Origin: a virus
Virus record (IMG/VR): IMGVR_UViG_3300047557_001530
Location: 1-64,000 of that record
Strand: one strand, 5' to 3'
Length of the DNA: 64,000 nucleotides
Shown here: piece after piece, positions 49,689 to 58,194 of the stretch
Layout of the letters: each line of letters opens with the position of its first letter
Position numbering within the stretch: position 1 is the stretch's first letter
Made by a program: the position numbers and the translations under genes
Notes under the pieces: generated by a model
The model's database searches: none
What the model was told of the DNA's origin: nothing
What the model saw: the letters and a program-made list of their open reading frames with translations, nothing else

Positions 49689-52236
49689 ATTAGAAGGTCT
49701 TCCATCAATTTATTATATTAGTATCGAGGAATCTACGCAAAGGCGTGAACACATGTTCAAGCAATTTGCTGAATATGGCATTACTAATTTGAATGGATTA
49801 GTGTATAAAAGATTTCACGAATATAATTTCCATCTTTACGGAAAATACGTTGATCAACTTCACCATAATAGTAAGGGACCTGTAACATCTCACCTTAATG
49901 CAGTAAGATGGTGGGTAGAGAATACAGATGAAGATTACTGTTTTATTATTGAAGATGATATTTCACTAGAGCCAGTCAAGTATTGGAATTTTACTTGGAA
50001 AGAATTTTACGAAAGACTTCCCAAGAAATGGGATGTTATTCAAATGTCTTGGATTCGTCAAGATAATTTAGAGCCTTGTTTTAGAAAAAGAGTTGAAACC
50101 GATTGGGGTGCTTGTGCATATCTGATTAAAAGAGAATATGCAAAAAAATTAATTGAAACTTATATCAAACCAGATGGATATCACTTAGAAGTTCCTAATC
50201 GAACAATTCTTCCAATCATTGAAAACATTATGTTTACTGGTATGGGAACAGTTTATAACTTCCCATTATTTACAGAAGATGTTTATAATGTTGCATCTAC
50301 TTTTGATGGAACAGATCCAACTATTATATCTGGACAAGGAGATTGTCATGTTACTTCACATGAATACATTATGTACTGGTGGAAAACAAAAGGGACTAAA
50401 TTAACAATTGATGAGATAATGACTATGAAGCACATTTACCAAGAAGAGCAGTTTGGAGAAGATTGGTTTAGTTATCCAAATTTGTATAAAAATATAGTTA
50501 ATGAATTTTCTGACGGTAGTAAATTTGTTGAAGTTGGTTCTTGGAAAGGAAAGTCTTCTGCTTATATGGCAATTGAAATTGCTAACTCAAGAAAAGATAT
50601 TGAATTTACTTGTGTTGATACTTGGGAAGGAAGCGTAGAGCATCAAGGTCAAAAAGATTTACATCAACTCTATGATGTTTTCATTGAAAACATGAAACCA
50701 GTTGAAGAATTTTATACTCCTAAAAAGATGACTTCTCAAGAAGCTGTACACCTTTTTGACGATGGTTCTCTAGACTTTGTTTTTATTGATGCTTCTCACG
50801 AATATGAAGATGTCAAAGAAGATATTAAAGCTTGGATTAAGAAAGTTAAACCTGGAGGAGTTTTAGCTGGGCATGATTATTATGTAAACACCCACGATTA
50901 TTTTCCTGGTGTTAAACAAGCTGTCAATGAATGTTTAGATAATTTTGAAACTTCCGAAAACTGTTGGATTTATCGTGTAGGTACTCCGTCAAAGAATAGC
51001 TTAAATGTATTTGCGATGGATACCGAAAACCCAGAAGCAAACTTTGAATTAGGATTATGGTATAAAAATCAGAATCATTTAGCACCAGCAATGACGTATT
51101 TTCTCAGAGCTTCTGAAAGAACTGATGATAAAGATTTGGCATACGAGTCTCTTATTAACGGATTTTTCTGCTATGACAAACAAGGTCATCGAGAAATTTC
51201 AGCACAAAGTATGTTGCATCAAGCACTACTTGTAAATCCAAAAAGACCAGAAGCATATTACTTGCTTAGCAAATATTTTGAGCGTCATCAAGATTGGATG
51301 AGATCTTATCTATTTGCTGATCTTGGTTTACAGCTTTCTGAATTTGATTGCAAACCTCTTAAATCCAACGTAGAGTATCCAGGAATTTATGCTTTAAAAT
51401 TCCAAAAGGTTACTGCTGGTTGGTGGTGGGGGAAAGCAAATGAATGCAGAGAAATTTTGCAAGATCTTATGGATAATTATTGGGATGAAATGCCAGATGA
51501 ATATAGAATTTCTGTCGAAAATAATTTTTCTAGATTAGGTCTCACTAAAGATTCTCAAGCTTACTTACGTTATAGTAGTTCGGATTACAGTAAATTAAAA
51601 TTTAAATTTACCGACTGCGAAGATATTGATTGTAATTTTTCTCAAGTATATCAAGATATGTTTGTTCTTGCTGCCTCAAATGGCAAACGTAACGGAACTT
51701 TCTTGGAAATTGGTGGTGCAGAGCCATTCCATAATAACAACACAGCACTGCTTGAAAAAAATTATAAGTGGACAGGTGTTTCTGTTGAGTTAAATCAAGA
51801 TTTTGTAAATCAATATAAAAATGCAAGACCAAAAGTAAATTTAATTCATGCGGATGCTACTAAATTAAACTACAAAAAAATATTGAAAGATAATTTTGAG
51901 GGAGATACGATTGATTATTTACAATTAGATATTGAACCTGCAAAAAATACTTTTGAAGTTCTTTTAAATATTCCTTTTGATGATTATAAATTTACAGTAA
52001 TTACATATGAACATGATTATTATGTTGATGTAACTAAATCATATCGAGATAAATCTAGAAGATACTTAGAAATGATGGGGTACAAATTAATTGTGAATGA
52101 TATTTCAACCGATGGAGTAAGTACATTTGAAGATTGGTGGGTTCATCCTGAACTTATTGATCCAGATATTATTAATAAATTAATTTGTTGTGACGACAAA
52201 ATTAAAAAAGTTACTAATTATTTCCTCAATAAATAA
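49678..52236 (+). CDS. Fusion protein: GT25-like glycosyltransferase, class I SAM methyltransferase, TPR region and FkbM-like methyltransferase
   Basis: YYIS....RR..M, SH, IIEDD, GACAYLI (GT25); VEVGSWKGKS, FIDASHEY, PGG.LAGHDY (MTase); helical repeats; FSQ..QD, FLEIGG, IDYLQLDIE, ITYEHD, EDWW (FkbM-like). Confidence 0.75.
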   Translation: MNNKLEGLPSIYYISIEESTQRREHMFKQFAEYGITNLNGLVYKRFHEYNFHLYGKYVDQLHHNSKGPVTSHLNAVRWWVENTDEDYCFIIEDDISLEPVKYWNFTWKEFYERLPKKWDVIQMSWIRQDNLEPCFRKRVETDWGACAYLIKREYAKKLIETYIKPDGYHLEVPNRTILPIIENIMFTGMGTVYNFPLFTEDVYNVASTFDGTDPTIISGQGDCHVTSHEYIMYWWKTKGTKLTIDEIMTMKHIYQEEQFGEDWFSYPNLYKNIVNEFSDGSKFVEVGSWKGKSSAYMAIEIANSRKDIEFTCVDTWEGSVEHQGQKDLHQLYDVFIENMKPVEEFYTPKKMTSQEAVHLFDDGSLDFVFIDASHEYEDVKEDIKAWIKKVKPGGVLAGHDYYVNTHDYFPGVKQAVNECLDNFETSENCWIYRVGTPSKNSLNVFAMDTENPEANFELGLWYKNQNHLAPAMTYFLRASERTDDKDLAYESLINGFFCYDKQGHREISAQSMLHQALLVNPKRPEAYYLLSKYFERHQDWMRSYLFADLGLQLSEFDCKPLKSNVEYPGIYALKFQKVTAGWWWGKANECREILQDLMDNYWDEMPDEYRISVENNFSRLGLTKDSQAYLRYSSSDYSKLKFKFTDCEDIDCNFSQVYQDMFVLAASNGKRNGTFLEIGGAEPFHNNNTALLEKNYKWTGVSVELNQDFVNQYKNARPKVNLIHADATKLNYKKILKDNFEGDTIDYLQLDIEPAKNTFEVLLNIPFDDYKFTVITYEHDYYVDVTKSYRDKSRRYLEMMGYKLIVNDISTDGVSTFEDWWVHPELIDPDIINKLICCDDKIKKVTNYFLNK

Positions 52237-52263
52237 TACAGTAGTTATGTTTTGAAAAATACT

Positions 52264-52452
52264 ATGGATCCAAATGCCCTCAAAGAAAATTTTAATAATC
52301 AACTGAAATCAGTAGAAGATCAAATTAAACAACTTGAAGCTGATCTAGAAAAAGCAAAAGAATATAAAGTTAAACTTCTCGGTGGTCTAGAAACTCTAGA
52401 GCTACTCACTAAACAAGAAGAAGAGGAACCAGAAGAAGTTCCTGCTGAGTGA
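52264..52452 (+). CDS. Small coiled-coil protein (62 aa)
   Basis: ATG at 52264; heptad pattern with KL.G.LE.L. Confidence 0.7.
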   Translation: MDPNALKENFNNQLKSVEDQIKQLEADLEKAKEYKVKLLGGLETLELLTKQEEEEPEEVPAE

Positions 52453-52456
52453 TCAC

Positions 52457-52492
52457 AAATCCCTATCTGCTAAATACAGGTAGGGATTTTTT
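52457..52492 (+). terminator. Terminator hairpin whose loop is a late promoter
   Basis: AAATCCCTATCTG-CTAAATA-CAGGTAGGGATTT followed by TTT. Confidence 0.8.
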
Positions 52493-52506
52493 GTATCTAA
52501 AAATAA

Positions 52507-53337
52507 ATGGCAAAGCCATCTACCAGACAGCAACTAATTGACTATTGCAAAAGGCAGTTAGGTGCTCCTGTGCTGCAAATTAATATTGATGATAATCAAA
52601 TTGATGATATTATTGATACAGCAATTCAATATTATCAAGAATATCATTTCGATGGTATTGAAAGGATGTATCTTAAGCATGAATTTACAGCCGAGGATGT
52701 AGAAAGATTTCAAGAAACTAATGAACTTTCAAACACAACTAATCCAGATGGTGCTGACTGGGAAAATAGAAAGAATTTTATTGAAGTTCCAGACCACGTA
52801 ATTGGTATTCAAAAAGTATTTGGTGTTACTTCAAACCTTTCTGCGAACGAAATGTGGGGCTTAAGTAACCAGTATTTCTTGCTTGATATTTTTTCATTCT
52901 CGTCAGGTTATACTTTTGGCAACTTTGATATGTCATACTACTATATGATTAAACAGTATTTTGAAACCCTTGATATGGTTGTCAATACTGGTGGTCTTGT
53001 AGAGTATCGTTATAACAAACGTCAAGATAGACTCTATATTGATATTGATAGAAAGAGAGTTATTGAAGGAAGGTATCTTATTATTGATTGCTGGAGAGCA
53101 CTAGACCCAGCAGAATGGAATCAGGTTTGGAACGATAGTTTTGTCAAGCGTTATGCCACTGCTTTAATGAAGCGTCAGTGGGGTCAGAACCTTATCAAGT
53201 ATAACAACGTTCAGTTGCCTGGTGGTATCACATTAAATGGTCGTCAGATCTGGGAGGATGGCGATGCTGAAGTTAAAGATCTGGAAGCAAGAATGCTTAC
53301 GGATTACTCCCTACCTCCAATGGATATGATCGGATAA
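52507..53337 (+). CDS. gp13: Neck protein gp13
   Basis: LIDYCKRQLGAPV..IN, KRQWGQNL.KY..VQLPGG.TLNG motifs. Confidence 0.95.
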   Translation: MAKPSTRQQLIDYCKRQLGAPVLQINIDDNQIDDIIDTAIQYYQEYHFDGIERMYLKHEFTAEDVERFQETNELSNTTNPDGADWENRKNFIEVPDHVIGIQKVFGVTSNLSANEMWGLSNQYFLLDIFSFSSGYTFGNFDMSYYYMIKQYFETLDMVVNTGGLVEYRYNKRQDRLYIDIDRKRVIEGRYLIIDCWRALDPAEWNQVWNDSFVKRYATALMKRQWGQNLIKYNNVQLPGGITLNGRQIWEDGDAEVKDLEARMLTDYSLPPMDMIG

Positions 53338-53338
53338 A

Positions 53339-54211
53339 ATGCCTACCAGTCCTTATTTTCCAAGCTATTACGATGGTTATCAAGGCGAACAAGATCTAGT
53401 TCAGGATCTTGTTGACGAACAGATCAAGCTGTTTGGATCTGATATCTATTATCTACCAAGAACTATTCTTAAGGATAATACATTAGATGATCTAATCTAT
53501 TCAAAATTTGAAGATCAGTTTCAAGTTGAGATGCTTCTGCAAAATGTAGAAGGATTTGGTCAATCAGAATTTGTTAGTAAGTTTGGTCTCAAGATAACTC
53601 AAGAAATTAAGTTTCATGTTTCTTCTAGAAGATGGAGAGAAGAAGGTGCTGCTTTTAATTTGGATGTTAGACCTTTAGAAGGAGATTTACTTTATTTCCC
53701 GCTAACTAAAGACTTATACGAAATTAAATTTGTTCAGGTGGAAGAGGTATTCTTCCAGTTTGGTCAGCTACCATTCTATTCTATCACTGCTGAAATCTAC
53801 GAGGTTGGTAGTGATAAATTTGATACTGGTGTTGGTGATATTGACACGGTAGAACTAACCACTAGTGCTGCTATCAATATTGTATTTGAGGAAGATAGCG
53901 GAGATACTGATTTTGAAATTGGCGAAACAATTACTAGCCTGTTGTCTGATGTAACTGCCACAGTATCTGCTTGGAATGCAGAAACAAGAACATTAACTGT
54001 GATTAATAGATCAGGAACATTTATTGAAAGTGAGTTTGTAACTGGTGCTGATAGTGGTGCTCAATGGACTATCGAATCATTCTCAACTATCGAAGATACA
54101 AATACTGAGTACGACGAAAATAAATATATTGAAAACGAGTCAGACGATATTCTTGATTTTTCTGAAAGAAATCCGTTTGGTGAATATGGTAATTTCATGG
54201 ATAGCTTCTAA
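53339..54211 (+). CDS. gp14: Neck protein gp14
   Basis: EQ.L..DLV.E.IK.FG.DIYYLPR, P.EGDL.YFP, DFSE.NPFG motifs. Confidence 0.93.
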   Translation: MPTSPYFPSYYDGYQGEQDLVQDLVDEQIKLFGSDIYYLPRTILKDNTLDDLIYSKFEDQFQVEMLLQNVEGFGQSEFVSKFGLKITQEIKFHVSSRRWREEGAAFNLDVRPLEGDLLYFPLTKDLYEIKFVQVEEVFFQFGQLPFYSITAEIYEVGSDKFDTGVGDIDTVELTTSAAINIVFEEDSGDTDFEIGETITSLLSDVTATVSAWNAETRTLTVINRSGTFIESEFVTGADSGAQWTIESFSTIEDTNTEYDENKYIENESDDILDFSERNPFGEYGNFMDSF

Positions 54212-55023
54212 TGTTAGGTAATCATTTTTATAACGAGGCGATACGAAAAACGGTAGTCGGCTTCGGAACACTATTCAATAATATCGAAGTTCAAAGGAAA
54301 GATCCTCAGACTAAAGAAGTCATTGAGGTTCAGAAAGTTCCTCTTGCTTACGGACCAAAGGATAAGTTTATTGCTCGTATCGAGCAAAACATAGATCCTA
54401 CTCCAGGAGCACCATATGAGAATATGAGAATTCCTCGTATGTATTTTGAAATGAAAGGAATTAATTATGATGGATCAAGAAAAGTAAGTCCTATTCAAAA
54501 ATACAAAAATGTTATTGCAGACAATGGGAATGAAATAAGGGTGCAGTATGTTCCTGTTCCTTACAATGTTGATTTTGAACTTGGCGTTCTTGTCAAATCA
54601 CAAGATGATGGGCTGCAGATTGTTGAGCAGATTCTACCATACTTTCAACCAAATTTCAACATCACTGTCAATTTTATTCCAGAAATGGATGAAAAGAAAG
54701 ATGTTGCTATCGTAATGAATAGTGTTGATCTTGATGATGCTTGGGACGGTGAGTATGCCAGCCGAAGATCTATTATTTGGACTTTTCAGTTTACTGCTAA
54801 GTCATACATTTATGGTCCCTTTAATCAGGCTGACATCATTCGTAAAGCTATTATTTACGAAACAGTTGGTGATCTTGATCAAGGAAAGCGTAATGCTAGA
54901 TTTACATATTCTCCGCAGGCATTACAAGATTATAATGAAGATGGTGTAATTAATCAAGCGGATGATCCGTTTGTAACTGCAGACGATGATTTTGGATTTA
55001 ACGGAACTATTGATCTACTATGA
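54211..55023 (+). CDS. gp15: Tail sheath terminator gp15
   Basis: FY...IRK.VV.FG.LFN.I, VPL.YGPK.KF, EQILPYF.P motifs. Confidence 0.93.
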   Translation: MLGNHFYNEAIRKTVVGFGTLFNNIEVQRKDPQTKEVIEVQKVPLAYGPKDKFIARIEQNIDPTPGAPYENMRIPRMYFEMKGINYDGSRKVSPIQKYKNVIADNGNEIRVQYVPVPYNVDFELGVLVKSQDDGLQIVEQILPYFQPNFNITVNFIPEMDEKKDVAIVMNSVDLDDAWDGEYASRRSIIWTFQFTAKSYIYGPFNQADIIRKAIIYETVGDLDQGKRNARFTYSPQALQDYNEDGVINQADDPFVTADDDFGFNGTIDLL

Positions 55024-55442
55024 ACGAGTTTGAAAAAAATATGGAACAAATATTTGATATTGAAGTTACAGCAGAAGAAACCGAGATTATTGAAGAGAAG
55101 CCAAAACCCCCAGCAAAGAAAGAAGACCCAGAAAAAGATTACGAATATACCAGGGGTCAACTATACGACCTCATAGAGAAGGGCCAGGAGGCCGTACAAG
55201 GGGCCTTAGAGGTTGCTCAGGAGTCAGGGCACCCTAGAGCGTTTGAAGTCGCTGTGAACGCTATGAAGCAGGTCTCAGACATGACTGATAAATTAATTGA
55301 TCTTCAAAAGAAAATGAAGGATCTTGATGCCCCAGTTAAAGGCAAAGGACCTACTACTGTTAATAATACAATGTTTGTTGGCAGCACTGCTGATCTTCAA
55401 AAAATGATTAAAGAAATGGGCAAGAATATGGCGGGAGAATAA
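55020..55442 (+). CDS. gp16: Terminase small subunit gp16
   Basis: DYEYTR..L..LIEKG, HPRAFEV, FVGST..LQK motifs. Confidence 0.92.
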   Translation: MNEFEKNMEQIFDIEVTAEETEIIEEKPKPPAKKEDPEKDYEYTRGQLYDLIEKGQEAVQGALEVAQESGHPRAFEVAVNAMKQVSDMTDKLIDLQKKMKDLDAPVKGKGPTTVNNTMFVGSTADLQKMIKEMGKNMAGE

Positions 55443-55465
55443 ATATAAAATAAACGGTAATTAAA

Positions 55466-55744
55466 ATGAGATTCAAAATTCTCGATGAAGCGGTAACGCT
55501 AACAACAACCCCAAATGATATTGGTAAAGCAACCGACGTTTACCTATACAATAGTCATTCAGAACTATCTGGTGAAGCTTCTACCAGAACTATTTCTTTA
55601 TATGAAGCTGATGGCACAACTGTTGTAGGAAGTTTTGCTTTGACGGTTGGTATTCCTGTCATCATTAATAAAGATGCTGAGCAAAAACTCAAAGTAGATG
55701 GCGATAACAACGTCACTGCTACAAAAGTCGCTTACCTAGGATAA
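55466..55744 (+). CDS. Small virion protein (92 aa)
   Basis: Late promoter ATAAATA at 55439-55445; beta-rich sequence. Confidence 0.65.
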   Translation: MRFKILDEAVTLTTTPNDIGKATDVYLYNSHSELSGEASTRTISLYEADGTTVVGSFALTVGIPVIINKDAEQKLKVDGDNNVTATKVAYLG

Positions 55745-57135
55745 TGGCACAGTATAGCAAACACTACGAAGATTTCCTACCACAGGAGAAAACAAACTTT
55801 GAGGTAGTCATGATTGCCGATAACTTCGGTAATCTCACTGCTGGTACAGGTGCCACTGCGGTTGATGCTTTCGGTCGTTTGAGAGTTGCTGAAACATTCA
55901 CTCTCGGTGATTACAAACATCTCTATGCTATTGATCCAAATTTTATTGATTTAAAAGAAAACGGTGGTGATATTCAATTTGCTGCCAATAAAGCAGCTGC
56001 CACGATGACTACAACATCTAATGTTGCTTCTCGTGCTTTACATCAAACAAAGTTCTATCACCATTACCAGCCAGGTAAATCTCAAGTTATCTTTAGTTCA
56101 GTATGCTTTGGTTACGCCCAGCAGAATGTAACCAAAAGAACTGGATACTTTGATGACAGAGATGGCATTTACTTTGAGCAAGTTGGAAATGGAACTTCTA
56201 ACGGTACAACCAATGGCACACTCAATTTTGTAGTTCGTTCATATGTTAGTGGTAGTGCTAGTGAAACAACGGTAGGAAACTACAAGAGAAGAGTTCCTCA
56301 ATCAGAATGGAATATCGATCCTTGTGATGGAACTGGTCCTTCCAAATTTAACATCGATACTTCAAAAACACAACTAGTTTATATTGACTTTCAATGGCTT
56401 GGAGTTGGTAGAATTCGATGTGGATTTGTACACAACGGACAAATTATTTTAGCACATGAATACTACTGCTCTAACGAACTAGCAGAAGTTTATATGTCAA
56501 ATCCTAATCTCCCAGTAAGATGCGAGATTAAAAATACTGGCACAACTACTGGTGGATCTATGAATCAGATTTGCTCTACGGTAATGTCGGAAGGTGGATA
56601 TGTTGAGAGTGGTATTGACTGGGCAGTTACTTCTCCAGCAACTAGAACGAGTATTGCTCCTGGAGGAACTAGATTTCCTTTGCTGGCAATCCGTCTCAAA
56701 AACGATTTCAAAGGTTATCCAAATAGAATTAGTGTAAGACCAAATACGATTGGAATTTTTGCTCAATCTGGCGATTGCTATTATGAATTAATCAAACTAT
56801 CAAATGCCAGTCAATTAACCACATCTTTAAATGGTGGCACTTTGACTTGGACAGATGCTGATGATGATAGTGGTGTTCAATATTGTGTAAATGCCGAAGC
56901 AATTACTGGAAGTGTTGATGTATTTGCTGCTGGTATTGTAACTGCTGGGGCATCGCCAAACTCACTTACTCCAGTAGCATCTGGTGGTCTAACGACGGCG
57001 AAGAAAAATATTATTGTTCAGAATTTAGATTCAACAAATTCTGAAGTGTTTGTTATTGCTGTAAAAACTATTAGTGCTGCTAGTAATGCTACTGCTAATG
57101 TTGCCGCTACTATTCAATGGAGGGAGATTTACTAA
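55744..57135 (+). CDS. Putative virion structural protein (DAFGRLRV family)
   Basis: DAFGRLRV, YQPGKSQ, WLGVG..R.GF, W.E end motifs. Confidence 0.65.
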   Translation: MAQYSKHYEDFLPQEKTNFEVVMIADNFGNLTAGTGATAVDAFGRLRVAETFTLGDYKHLYAIDPNFIDLKENGGDIQFAANKAAATMTTTSNVASRALHQTKFYHHYQPGKSQVIFSSVCFGYAQQNVTKRTGYFDDRDGIYFEQVGNGTSNGTTNGTLNFVVRSYVSGSASETTVGNYKRRVPQSEWNIDPCDGTGPSKFNIDTSKTQLVYIDFQWLGVGRIRCGFVHNGQIILAHEYYCSNELAEVYMSNPNLPVRCEIKNTGTTTGGSMNQICSTVMSEGGYVESGIDWAVTSPATRTSIAPGGTRFPLLAIRLKNDFKGYPNRISVRPNTIGIFAQSGDCYYELIKLSNASQLTTSLNGGTLTWTDADDDSGVQYCVNAEAITGSVDVFAAGIVTAGASPNSLTPVASGGLTTAKKNIIVQNLDSTNSEVFVIAVKTISAASNATANVAATIQWREIY

Positions 57136-57881
57136 TGAAAAAGAAAGTTCCCACCGAAAAAGAAATTGCTCGTAAGCATGGTGTGCCTGTTGAAAAAATT
57201 ATCAAACAGGCAGAAGTTGGTTCGACCGTAGAGCGAGAGCATGTTACTACACATGAAGAAGCATATGGTATTGCCCTTCAACATTTAGATGAATTTCCAG
57301 ACTACTACACTCATTTACTCAAAATGGAAAAAGAATTAAAAGCAAAACACAAAAAGAAAAAATCATACAAAGAAATCAAAGAATCTCTTGGTATGGTAGA
57401 GAACCATATCGATGTTGCTATGGGCAGAGAACTTGATGATGAAGGAGCAATGATTCTCAATCAACTTGATGAAATTGAAATGTGTTGTCAACACTTAAGA
57501 AAAACAATCACAGGAATGAATATGCAAGTTCCTGGCTGGGTACAAGCAAAGGTCACTCTTGCTGCTGATTATATTGATACTGCTGCTTCTTACATGGACA
57601 ACAAGAATGAAGAAACCGAAAAAAAGTCGATAGGCGAGTCTACATGGACTCGCAAAGCAGGACAAAATAAAAATGGTGGTCTAAACGAAAAGGGACGCAA
57701 ATCTTACGAAAGGGAAAATCCTGGCAGTGATTTGAAAGCTCCATCAAAAGAAGTTGGAAATCCTCGTAGAGCATCTTTCTGTGCCAGAATGCGGGGGTTA
57801 AAGAAAAAATTAACTTCAAAGAAAACTGCCAACGATCCAGATAGCAGAATCAATAAATCTCTTCGTGCTTGGAATTGCTAA
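57135..57881 (+). CDS. Three-domain fusion protein (DUF5661-like, helical domain, DUF6321-like)
   Basis: VE.EH...A..IAL.HL.E.PDYY; PGWVQAK.TLA.DY; WTRK.G.N..GGLN.KGR...SFCARM...LRAWNC. The ATG overlaps the previous stop codon. Confidence 0.6.
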   Translation: MKKKVPTEKEIARKHGVPVEKIIKQAEVGSTVEREHVTTHEEAYGIALQHLDEFPDYYTHLLKMEKELKAKHKKKKSYKEIKESLGMVENHIDVAMGRELDDEGAMILNQLDEIEMCCQHLRKTITGMNMQVPGWVQAKVTLAADYIDTAASYMDNKNEETEKKSIGESTWTRKAGQNKNGGLNEKGRKSYERENPGSDLKAPSKEVGNPRRASFCARMRGLKKKLTSKKTANDPDSRINKSLRAWNC

Positions 57882-57891
57882 CATAATATTG

Positions 57892-57933
57892 GTAATATTT
57901 GTTACACCGTAAACACTGTATTCTAAATATAAT
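57892..57933 (+). promoter_or_regulatory. NtcA-type promoter GTA-N8-TAC-N22-TATAAT overlapping a late promoter
   Basis: GTA at 57892, TAC 57903-57905, TATAAT 57928-57933; CTAAATA at 57923-57929. Confidence 0.5.
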
Positions 57934-57957
57934 ATTAACAGTCTAAAGGTGAGAATT

Positions 57958-58194
57958 ATGGATACTAAAACCTGTCCCAAGTGTGGGGCACAGTGGATCG
58001 GCGGGCAGCATTTCTGGACTGGTACAAACAAGAAAGGTGATGAAACAGAGTTAGCATCTCTTGTTTGTGATAAGTTCGGGAATGATACATGTATTAATCC
58101 TTGCAAAGGAACTACCGATGGTAAAGGGTGGGAAAATAGATTAAATAATATGGATGCTATTGATAAAGATATACAGAGGACTTTGAATGAGTAG
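57958..58194 (+). CDS. Small Cys-rich protein (CPKC...LVC...CINP)
   Basis: ATG at 57958 with AGGTG upstream (GTG 57949 is an alternative start); overlaps the gp17 start. Confidence 0.75.
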   Translation: MDTKTCPKCGAQWIGGQHFWTGTNKKGDETELASLVCDKFGNDTCINPCKGTTDGKGWENRLNNMDAIDKDIQRTLNE

